Assembly: GCF_963921235.1 (NCBI RefSeq)
Contig: NC_086097.1
Coordinates: 152,026,001 to 152,090,000, forward strand
Direction of reading: 5' to 3'
Length of the DNA: 64,000 nt
Source of the DNA: Mobula hypostoma
Taxonomy: Eukaryota
Positions within the stretch are counted from its first letter, which is position 1; every line of letters starts with the position of its first letter. Made by a program: the position numbers and the translations under genes. The notes beneath the pieces are model-generated. The model was not told the origin of the DNA, searched no databases, and saw only the letters and a program-made list of their open reading frames with translations. Positions 13,331 through 24,389 of the stretch are shown in pieces.

Positions 13331-14829
13331 TCAGTGCAAGGTCATTTGTGAATAGGAGGAACCAGTCCAATTTCAGTTATGGTGCCACTTCCCAGAAGAA
13401 GCAGTAAACATATCCTATTCTAAAAATAAGCATTTTTTCACTCATGTCATTTTGAAGAAAAGCACATGTGACTGAATTTCTGGGCCTTAACCTCTCTTCC
13501 TTCTAATCTTCAGATCTTGCTGGGTAAGTTATGATCCTTCATCCACTAAACATACCAAACCATCAGGGAAAAAGAACTTATCAATAATCTATTTCAGTGC
13601 CCAAAACATCACCCTTCTACAATTCATAAAATCATATCAGCAACCACACTGTTTAAACTAATTTAATCTAGTTTAACTATGTTTTTGTTTTGTATTAAAA
13701 CGTCTACTATTATTAAATCTTTTATTAGCTGTAAATTGTCCTCATAAATGGCCCAGCTATCTACTCAGTTCACAGGCTATGTGGAGATGGACAATAAATG
13801 TTCATCTAACCAGCAGTGAAGCATTCTGACTAGAAGTCTTCGACCTGAAAAGTTATCATCCCTCCTCGTACAGATGCAACCAGGCTTGCAGACAGTTTCC
13901 AACAAATTCTGTCTTTTTTTTCATGTAACATTCTCTGAATGAATAGGTAAAAGGATTCATCAGAATGATGATGGGCTTGCCTTGAGCACCAGAACTGCAA
14001 AATAAATGAGGCATTAGCTATTCTTTGAGAAATCCTGCCTTGCTGCAGCACAGAAGCTGAGCTCCTCAGACGTTTCTGGACATGGGAAATGGTCAGATGT
14101 ATCTGCAATTAGATGCTTCTCAAGTTCTGTTTCTTCGTGGCTGCAGTTACATTAAGGAGAAACCTTCAAAGAGTTTTTTTCCTCTAAATTTTACACATTC
14201 CAAAGCTGCAGAAGACTGATTTTCTTCTCTTGCAAAGGATAGATTGTTAATTCTTGCTTCAGTAAAATACTCTGCGAAACATGACACATCATGATTTTAT
14301 CATTGTCATAACTGTTCATTCACAAGGCTGCCTGATAGTCCAGCACATTCTGACTCAGGGTATGTTTGTTTCCCCAGGGGAAAATAAAACAGGCTGCTGA
14401 GGATTGCTCCTATGCTGTTTTAACCTTGAATACTAATTTCATTCCCATTGCTTTAAAAATACAATGGATAATAACATTTATATGATACTCCTAGTCTTTT
14501 CTGAACAGAGATGGTGGACATTTTGTTTATGTCTTGGAGGTTACCTCATTTTCATTTGTTGATGGTATGTGGCACTCAAATACCCTGTGAGATAAATGTA
14601 AGCTCACTGCTTGTCCATTCGTCTCCTTGGACGTGAACACATCCCAAGCAAGGATAGAATAATGAACTCATAAGCTGTTACATCAACTAAGAATGAAAGT
14701 TTACACCATATCATCTTTAAATGAAAATATATCAATTTTTCAAAATCTATGGGTAAATATAGTGATGATCACTGCCCACATTTCTCCACATAGTTTGTAT
14801 TAAATGCAAAGCTTGTCAGTTGAAGTACT

Positions 14830-16095
14830 TGATGACGTTCTGAAACACCCATATAACAAAAGAAGCAAAGTTGGTGGTCGTGAGGCATGTAGAGATGGGT
14901 AAATCCCTGGCACCTGACCAAATGTTCCCTAGGAAGTTATGGAAAGCAAAGGAAGGAATTGCTGGGGCCCAGGCAGAGATTTTTGCATATTCCACAGCTC
15001 TGGGTGAGGTAGCAGAAGACAGAAGGGTGTCTGATGTTGTACCTACAAGGACAAGCAATAGATCTACAGACCAGTGAGTGGTGGGTGTGTTATTGGAGAG
15101 GATTTTGAGAAACATGATCTCACTGCACCTAGAAAGCAAGGTCTGGCTACAGATGGTCAGCATAGTTCACTTAGTTTTTTGACGAGGTGACCAAGAAGAT
15201 TGATGCAGACAGGGCAGTAGACATTGTCTATATGGATTTTAGCGGGGGTTTTGTCAAGGTCTCACATAGAAGGTCAGATCACATTGGTTCCAGAATGTGT
15301 TAGCCAGGTCGATACATAACAGGATTTACAGTAGGGGTCAGAGAGTCGTAGTGGATGATTATTTTTCAGAATGGAGGTCTGTGACCAGTGGTATGTGCTG
15401 CAGGGATTGGTGCTGGGTCCACTGTTGTTTGTCATCTATGATAACGATCTGGATGACAATGTTACAGATTGTTACATTGTTACTTTCAGTCTGCCTATGT
15501 TAGAGCCGAGAGGTAACGTTACAGATATATAGGACCCTGGTCAGAACCCACTTGGAATACTGTGCTCATTTCTGGTCACCTCACTACAGGAAAGATGTGG
15601 AAACTATAGAAAGGGTACAAAGGAGATTTACAAGGATGTTGCCTGGATTGGCAAGCATGCCTTATGAAAGCAGTTTGAGTGAACTCGGCCTTTTCTCCTT
15701 GGAGCAGCAGAGGTTGAGAGGTGACCTGATAGAGGTGGATAAGATGATGAGAGGCATTGATTATGTGGATAGTCAGAGGCTCTTTCCAGAGCTGAAATGG
15801 CTAACACGAGAGGGCACAGTTTTAAGGTACTTGGAAGGAGGTACAGAGGAAATGTCAAGGGTAAGTTTTTTGTTTTGTTTTTAAACAGTGTGGTGAGTGC
15901 GTGGAATGGGCTGCCGGTGATGGTGGTGGAGGCGGATACGATAGGGTCTTTTAAGAGACTCCTGGATAGGTACATGGAGCTTAGAAAAATAAAGGGCTAT
16001 GGGTAACCCTCGGTAATTTCTAAAGTAAGTACATGTTTGGCACAGCATTGTGGGCAGAAGGACCTGTATTGTGCTGTAGGTTTTCTGTGTTTCTA
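14830..16095 (+). mobile_element. CR1 RT fragment (14830-15460) followed by a younger CR1 3' end (15490-16095)
   Basis: EYCAHFWSPHYRKDVETIERVQRRFTRMLPG (15552-15884); CR1 3' UTR ending ctgtattgtgctgtaggttttctgtgtttct. Confidence 0.9.
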
Positions 16096-16634
16096 TTATG
16101 CACATTTGCAATTCTGCATTAGTTATCAAAACATTTATATCGAATTTAACTTTTATTTCCAAATATGGTGGAGAACTGAAGGAGTATCAGGGACCAAGTA
16201 GAGAAATTTAGAAGTGCACAGCTTTGAAAGTGTAGTAAGTATTTATTGAGTATGCCCCCAAGGAAATGAATCTCAGGGTTGTACATGGTGACATAAATAT
16301 ACTTTGATTATAAAACTTGCTTTGAACTTAGAACATTTGCATTCCAATCTATTGAATATTTGTCACGTTTAATGATTAGGGATAGCATTTTCCCCTTCAC
16401 CATCAGATTTCTGAATGGTCCATGAATGCTACCTTGTTATTCCTCTTTTGCACTATATACTTATTTTTGAACTCATAGCAATTTTCTTCTTGCACTGTAC
16501 TTCTTAAAAAAAACATATTTCAAGATATATGTCAGTGATATTAAATCTGCTTCTGATTAGCATCTTAGTGTAACCAAAAAAAATTCCGACTTAATCTCAA
16601 ATGTGAAATTTTGTGTAATTTTTGAAGTTTGTTT

Positions 16635-17440
16635 TGTCACATACCCTGTGAAGGGTTAAAGGACCAGCAGAGATGGAAAACACTTTGGAGTCCAGTATTG
16701 CTATTAACTAATGGTATTTATTAGTAACTACGCAATACAGTAAAATAAATGCAGATAAATCAAACAGGATAGCAATGATTATATATAAGTAAGTATGGAC
16801 ATATATGAAAACCAAGCTTCTTCAGGTCTAGGGGTAAATAGATAGACTTACGATGATAAGTAAAGTTCAGTTCAGTTCGTGGTATTGAGTTGAGCAGTGA
16901 TAGAGAGAGATTTGAGACTTCAGGTGAGCTGACACCATTGATCTTCCTGTTGTCCTCCAAAATCCTTTAGAATTCACCGATTGTGACCACCACAAAGGGG
17001 ACAGTTCTTCTGTGGTGGAGTTAGCAACTCAGGCGACGGTTGGACACATAAATGACTCCCCACTGGTCGCTCCCTCTTCCACACTGTGAGAGCCACTGAT
17101 CGATTCGCCTGACTAATCCTCCAAAACCCACTTTTTCTGTGGGCACAACAAAGCTCATTCAGTGTCCAAAACCATATGTCTGTGGGTCTATCATCTGACC
17201 TTCTATTTATCTCACAGTGCTGAATACCACCTGCCACTCAAACAGCTCCTCTCCTCTCTCTCTGTACAAATTTCCAAGCAGGCTGCGTCCTTGTAGAAAG
17301 TGTAAACATGCTGTGAGCAGTCCTCGCCTCTGTCTCTCTCTTTCTTTCTTTCTCTCTTTTTAACAAGGTGTTTGTGTTGGGCACCTCTCTCTCTCTTTTC
17401 AAAAGCACAGTTCATAGGGGTAATTCAGGATCCCATCACA
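16635..17440 (-). repeat. 3' LTR of the Gmr1-like element
   Basis: TG...CA termini; direct repeat of 22121-22860. Confidence 0.92.
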
Positions 17441-20400
17441 CCCCCTTCCTTCAAAAAAATTTTGACAAAGGCAAAATTTTTGTTTAACTGGAAATTTCAG
17501 AGTTTGAAACAATACATGTATAATCATCAGATGACAGAGCAGAAATGTGTACAATTTCTAACTTTACGTCTGGATAGACAATCAGCTATAATATTGTCAG
17601 TACCTTTCACATGTTTGATTTTTAAGTCATATTCTTGCAATATCAGACTCCAATTTAATAACCGTCTATTCTTATCCTCCATCTCAGTTAGAAACACCAA
17701 TGGATTGTGATCTGTGTAAACCACAAGTGGTCTCTGGGCAGGACAAACATAGACTTCAAAATGTGGTAAAGCCAGAATATGTGCTAGCAGTTCCTTTTCA
17801 ACAGTGGAATAATTTTTCTGGTGCACATTAAATTTCTTTGAGAAATAGGCTACTGGGTGTTCAATGTCATCCACTCCCTTCTGTAACAGTACTGCCCCAG
17901 CAGCTTCATTACTAGCGTCTGTTGCTATAGAAAATGGCTTGGAAAAATCAGGTGCCTTGAGCACAGGATGGTTTTCAGGTGTTCAAGAGGCAAAAATCAC
18001 TCCATATAAATCTTCCACTCTTCCCTAGAAGTTTTGTTAGCGGGAGAGCGATGTCAGCAAAGTTCTTACAAAACTTCCGATAATACCCAACCATTTCCAA
18101 AAATCTTTAAAGCTTTCTTGCCAGTCAGAATGGGAACCTCAGCAATAGCTTGAACCTTGGCCTGTACAGGAACCAGTTGGTCTTGGCCTACTACATAGCC
18201 CAGATATGTAACTGAGGCATGGCCAAACTCACTTTTAGCGAGTTTCACAGTAAGATTAGCCCTGGACAGCCTTCCAACCAGTTTTTCTACCGCTGCAATA
18301 TGCTCTTGCACGTGTCATTCCAGACCACTAAATCATCAATGTAAGCCCCTGTGTTTTCTAAACCTCTAATCCCAGAATTGATCATTCTTTGAAATGTCCC
18401 TGGAGCATTTTTCATCCCGAAGGGTAAAACATTATATTCATACAGCCCCGAAGATGTGACAAACACTGAGATTTCTCTGGCCCTTTCGGTCAAAGGAACA
18501 CACCAATATCCTTTTAACAGCTCAATTTTTGTGAGGTACATAGCCTTTCCCACTATATCAATACAGTCATCAACTCTCGGGATAGGATAATCATCTGTCT
18601 TGGTTATTGCATTGATATTCCTGTAGTCAGTACAGAATCTCATGCTACCGTCCAGCTTAGGGACAAGGATGCAGGGTGACGCCCAGTCTGACGTAGAGGG
18701 TCTAATGATACCAGCTGTCAGCATGTAGCTAATTTCTTTTTCAACCATTTTACTTTTCTCTCAGTTCATTCTGTAAGGATGCTGTTTAATGGCCTGGGCT
18801 GAATTTACAATGACGTCATGCACTGCAACTGTGCACTGTCTTGCAATGTCAGGAAATAAATCTTTATGCTTGCTAATTAGTTCTTGCAATTGTTTTCTCT
18901 GTGTAGGCTCTAGATGACAGACTTTATCAATAAGGTCTTTCAAAATAGTGGAATTCTCAAGTCTTGTTGATACAATACTCAGTTTGTCAAAATGATCTTG
19001 CACCTCATTATCAGATTCCACAGCCCCATTTGTTTTCATAACAGTACTTATTGCTACTGTCTGAGTCATTATAAGGCTTCAGCATATTTACATGTACTAA
19101 TTAAGTCGCCTTCCTTCTGTCGGCTGTTTCAATAACATAATTCAAAGAATTAATTTTCTTAATTATGTGGTATGGTCCATGAAATTGTGCTTGGAGGGGA
19201 TTGGTCACAAGGGGGAACGGCACCAGCACTTTATCTCCAACCTTGAACACCTGCTCCCTTGCCCTCTTACCAAACCAATGTTTCATTTTAATTTGGGAGT
19301 TTTGCGAATTCTTCTTGGCAAGGTCACAAGCCCTGTTAAGTCTTTCATGGAATTTTAAAACATAATGTAACACACTGACACACACTTTTGTGTTAGACCA
19401 TTGCTACCTGAGCAAGGTCAGAGGTTCTTTGGGCCTATGGCCAAAAATGAGCTCAAATGGACTAAACCCCAGGGATTCTTGAATGGTGTCTCTCACAGCA
19501 AAAAGTAATAAGTGTATCCCTTCATCCCAGTCCCTGTCATTCTCATAACAGTAAGTTTTAATCATGGTCTTTAAAGTGGAATGAAACCGCTCCAAAGCCC
19601 TTTGAGACTCCAGGTGGTAGGCAGATGACACAATTTTAGTCCCCAGCTCAGAAACTATTTGCTGGAATGTTCTTGATGTAAAGTTACTACCCTGGTCAGA
19701 TTGAATTTCTTTAGATAGACATACCAGTGCGAAAAACTTGCTGAGTGCCTTTACCACAGTCTTGGCCTGGATGTTTCTGCGAGGCACGGCTTCAGGGAAC
19801 CAAGATGCAGCACACATAATTGTTACCAAGTACTGATGACCAGCTGTAGTCTTTGGCAATGGGCCTACACAATCCACTATGACCCTAGAAAATGGTTCAC
19901 CAAAAGCAGGTATCGGTCAAAGTGGTGCTTTTGGGATGGCCTGGTTAGGTTTTCCCACCACCTGGCACGTATGACACCCTCTGCAGTATTTGACAATATT
20001 TTTCCTCATGCTAGGCCAATAAAATTCCCTCATAATCCTGTGTACTGTCTACTTTGCTCCAAAATGTCCACCTAAAGGCATCTTATGGGCCTGGTTTAAA
20101 ATTTCAGTCCTGTAAACCTTTGAAACCACTACCTGATGCACAATAGCCCAATCCTCACCTGCAGGCACAGTGGCTGGTCTCCACTTCCTCATCAACACCC
20201 CATCTTTAAGGTAATATCCCACTGACTCATTCTGGATTACATACTCAGAGAGAGCTGTCTCTTTTAAAGCCACAATTTCAGGATCTTTATTTTGTTCCTC
20301 TATAAATTCCTTCCTTGATAAGGATAGGTCTTTCTCATCCTCCTTACTCACCTCAGCCCTACTACCCTCTAAGTCCTGTTGATATAGGGATGGTAGGAAA

Positions 20401-22098
20401 GTCTCAGATAAATCAACATTAGCATTAGCAGTCTTTCTCGACATGCTTCTGGTTACTGCGCAGACAGTGTAGATGTCAGCATCTATGGGCGGGTCCACAG
20501 CAGCAGCAGGCTTACTTATGAGCTGAACTGCTGGATAAACATCTCCACCTGCAAGGTCATTACCTAGTAAGACATCAACATTGTCTATCGGTAGTTCAGA
20601 TTGCACCCCTATTGTGACTGGTCTGGATACCAATTCGCATTTCAAAACTATCTTATGCAAAGGCACGACCTCAGTTCCTTTTCCAATGCCTTTGATGATA
20701 TTTACTTCACCAATCTCCGTCTCAGCACCAAATTCCAAACTCTCTTTAATATTAGTGACTGAAAAACTCCAGTATCTCTCCAGATTCTCACTGGAGCTGG
20801 GGCTGACCCCTCCTTCACAGACACAAACCCATCTGAAATAAATCTCTCGACTCCCTCTTGAACTCGGTCAGGCCCCTCCTTCTTCAGCTGTGTTTTAACC
20901 GTCTGAACGCTGGCATTTGGGGTTTTCTCTTTCTCTTTTCCTTTGTCCCTTTTCATAGCAAAACAATTGGACACGACATGACCAGGTTTCCCACAAAAGT
21001 AACACTTGAAACTGGGAAATTTCCCCCCCCCCCCACCCGGACTGCTTTCCTTCCTCCTTACTCTTGTCACTAGTCCCCAGCTTACTTTCTGGTTTATCCG
21101 ATGGGTTATCTTTATTACCCTTTTGGGAACTTCTATTTGGAACAAACCTAACCTTATAAGTTAAGGCATACTTGTCTGCTAATCTAGCAGACTCTGACAG
21201 TGTCACGGCCTCTTTTTCATCTAAGTACGTCCTAATACCATCAGGGACACAACCTTTAAACTGTTCAATCAATATCAACTCTTTTAGATCGTCAATATTC
21301 TCACTTGCCCCTTTCAAGGTACGCCAACAATCAAAGTACATCTGCATCTCACGGGCAAACTCTAAATACGTGCAATCTCAAGGCTTCCTCAAATTTCGGA
21401 ACCAACTTGTAAACTTTAAGTACAGCACCTTTCACGGTATCATAATCATTTGCATCTGCAATACAGAACACCGAATACACTCATTGAGCCTTCCCCTTAA
21501 TCACACTTTGTAACAGACCAGCCCACTGATCTCTCGGCCAGTTCCGATTTATGGCCACTTTTTCAAAATGTAGGAAATACCTATCGATTTCTGTTTCCTC
21601 AAATGGAGGTACCAACTTAATTTCTTGGCTAACATTAAACGGTAGATCCAGCTCCCTACTACGGCTTGGCACTGGAACACCTTGCTGCGCCATCTCTCTC
21701 TCAAACTGTCTCTGTTTTTCTGCCTCAGTGGCTTCGAGCCGTTTCAGTTGCAACTCATGCTTCATCTTTAATTTTGCCAACTGAAGCTGAAACTCAGCCT
21801 CAGTAGGTTTACCTTCTGCAAACATTTTCAACACATCCTCAGTAAATTGCTTCGTTGAAGCATAATATTCAACTATTTTTCTTTGAATTTCTACCTTAGT
21901 CATACCCTTCTTTACCGTCGTAAGCTGTAATTCCTTAACAATATCCCGCAATTCATACTTTCTAGCTTTTGTCAAGGTCACAGGGTTTGGCGATTCCAGA
22001 AGTTCCAGAACATCCATTTCTGCTGTTTTTCCACACAAGCAAATCAAAAGGGATATTCCCCAATCAATTCCACATAAGCCCCAACTAATTCGTTCATA

Positions 22099-22116
22099 TC
22101 TCAGACGCAGGCCCCA
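22099..22116 (-). promoter_or_regulatory. Primer-binding site, tRNA-Pro-like
   Basis: Minus strand tggggcctgcgtctgaga(t) directly after the 5' LTR resembles TGGGGGCTCGTCCGGGAT. Confidence 0.7.
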
Positions 22117-22120
22117 ATTT

Positions 22121-22860
22121 TTTCACGTATCCTGTGACGGGTTAAATAACCAGCAGAAATGGAAAACACTTTGGAGTCCAGTATTGCTATTAACTAATGG
22201 TATTTATTAGAAACTATGCAAAATAATAATAAAAATGCAGATAAATCAAATAGGTTAACAATGATTATATACAAGTAAGTGTGGAAATATATGAAAACCA
22301 AGCTTCTTCAGTTCTAGGGGTAAATAGATAGTCTTATGATGATTAAAGTTCAGTTCAATTCGTGGTATTGAGTTGAGTAGTGATGGAGAGAGAGGGAGAG
22401 ATTTGAGTCTTCAGGTGAGCTGACACCATTGATCTTCCCGTTGTCCTTCGAAATCCTTTAGAAGTCACCAACTGTGACTACCACAAAGGGGACCGTTCTT
22501 CTGTGGTGGAATTATCAACCCAGGCGAGGGTTGGACACACAAATAACTCCCCACCGGTTGCTCCCTTTTCCACACTGTGAGAGCCACTGATCAATCCGCC
22601 TGACTGATCCTCCAAAACCCACTTTTTCTGTGGGCATAACAAAGCTCGTTCAGTGTCCAAAACCATGTGTCTGTAGGTCTATCATCTGACCTTCTATTTA
22701 TCTCACCGTGCTGAATACCAACTGTCTTTCAAACAGCTCCTCCCTTCTCTCTCTGTAAGAATTTCCAAGCAGGCAGCTTCGTGGTAGAAAGTATAAAAAT
22801 GCTATGAGCAGTCTTCACCACTCTCCCTTTCTTTCTCTCCCTTTTCGGGACCCCGTCACA
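22121..22860 (-). repeat. 5' LTR of the Gmr1-like element (about 65 bp shorter)
   Basis: Direct repeat of 16635-17440 lacking roughly 17361-17423. Confidence 0.92.
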
Positions 22861-22868
22861 GTTAGTAC

Positions 22869-23501
22869 TGTAAGATTTCTACAGCTATGCTGCGAGATAT
22901 TTATATTTTAGCAGTTTTCTATAAAGGCAGTGTGTCTTGCTAGTAAGAGTGTTTTAGCATTGGCTAAAGATAAGGAGCCATGTTGCCAATTTAGGAATTT
23001 TGTGTCAGCCAATCAGAACTGTCTAGGTACATGTTGTAACTTTCTGCCCAGTGTGATGTGAGAGAAGATTCTAGAGAGCTAGGCAGGATGAGATTTCTGA
23101 AGGACAGTAGGCTGGTTTGGGGACATTTAGTGGGAGGTGCAGAGAGAAGAGCACCAGGGAAGACATCTGGAGGATCCCATCTGAAGGGGAGACCCCAATG
23201 CAAGGAGTGCTTTGCAAGATGAAGGAGGGAAGTTTTACCTATGGTTGGTGATGGGAATTCAGTGCTGTGAGTAAAGCAATGCACCCAGCTACAACAGAAA
23301 CAAGCTCCAATGTTTATGTGCCCATTTAGACTGGTTAACTCTAATGAGCCTGTTTATTTTTATTTCTTTGTTTTCCTATTAATTGTTTGATAAAGTTGAA
23401 ATTAGTAAATATACTTTTTAAATTTTATATTGGTGTATGATCTGTCATTTCTTGGCTACCGATAATTGTGTATATTCGATATTTACACAGCATTTACTAC
23501 A
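22869..23501. mobile_element. Probable solo or truncated LTR of a different family
   Basis: Begins TGTAAG, ends TACA, CCAAT-type boxes, no coding capacity; no clear TSD. Confidence 0.4.
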
Positions 23502-23542
23502 ATCATTGAACATAGAAATCTACAGCAGATTACAGGCCATTC

Positions 23543-23885
23543 ATAATCAGAATTAGGTTTATTATCACCGGCAAGTGTCATGAAATTTGTTAATTTAGCA
23601 GCAGCAATTGAATGAAATACATAAAATAGAAGAAAAAAATTAAAATAATAAATAAGTAAATCAATTACATATATGCATAATGAATAGATTAAAAATCATG
23701 CAAAAACAGAAATAATATGAGGTAATGTTCATGGGTTCAATGTCCATTTAGGAATTGGATGGCAGAGGGGAAGAAGCTGTTCCTGAATCTCTGAGTGTGT
23801 GCCTTCAGGCTTCTGTACCTCTGCCTGATGGTAACAGTGAGAAAAGGGCATGCCCTGGGTGCTGGGGGGTCCTTAATAATGGAAT
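23543..23885 (-). mobile_element. Rex1/Babar 3' fragment inside the CR1 3' UTR
   Basis: SIIKDP...RYRSLKAHTQRFRNSFFPSAI (23737-23964); tail ataataaacctaattctgat. Confidence 0.85.
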
Positions 23886-24200
23886 ACATTGAGAGTTCTG
23901 CTGCCACACGAGTCTCCTTGAGGTGCCCCAAAAGTAATTCTACAATGTTTTGCTGACCACGCAACCTACTCGAGAAACTGCCGAGAATTATTCTACTGCA
24001 TAGAGAATTACTCTACTGCATAGCCCTCTATTTTTCTGAGCTTCATGTACATAACTAAGAGTCTTCTTAAAAAAAAACAAACAAAAAAAAAACGTATTGT
24101 ATCCGCCCCTACTACCTTTGCCGGCAGTGCATTCCACTCACCCACCACTTTCTGTGTGAAAACCTATCTCTGGCCTCCCCCTTGTACCTACTTCCAAGCA

Positions 24201-24389
24201 CCTTATCTTTAGCCAATGCTAAAACACTCTTGCTAGCAAGACACACTGCCTTTATAGAAAACTGCTAAAATACAAATATCTCGCAGCATAGCCGTGGAAA
24301 TCTTACAGTACTAACTGTGATGGGGTCCTAGAAAGGGAGAGAAATAAAGGGAGAGTGGCGAAGACTGCTCATAGCATTTTTTATACTTT
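24201..24389 (-). repeat. Inverted copy of 22788-22975 inserted into the CR1
   Basis: Reverse complement matches the LTR end plus adjacent flank with few mismatches. Confidence 0.95.

Larger units (their letters stand above)
16635..22860 (-). mobile_element. Full-length Gmr1-like Gypsy LTR retrotransposon, degenerate (gag-SCAN-CCHC, PR, IN, RT, RH)
   Basis: Two LTRs (16635-17440, 22121-22860); tRNA-Pro-like PBS; PPT at 17441-17452; near-TSD gttt/gtta; ORF pieces in the order gag (22047-20895), CYFCGKPGHVVSNC, RDTG protease motif, integrase (20100-19404), RT YIDD (18748-18066), RNase H TDAS (17964-17527). Confidence 0.95.

Noticed and set aside
12938..13420. Exon-looking minus-strand stretch ending in AAG|gtgag
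   Set aside because: All frames are interrupted and the peptide remnants resemble a Tx1-like ORF2 C-terminus.
14147..14271. Possible minus-strand terminal exon (EYFTEARINNLSF...FSLM*)
   Set aside because: Two frames are equally plausible, there is no recognisable homology and no partner exon.
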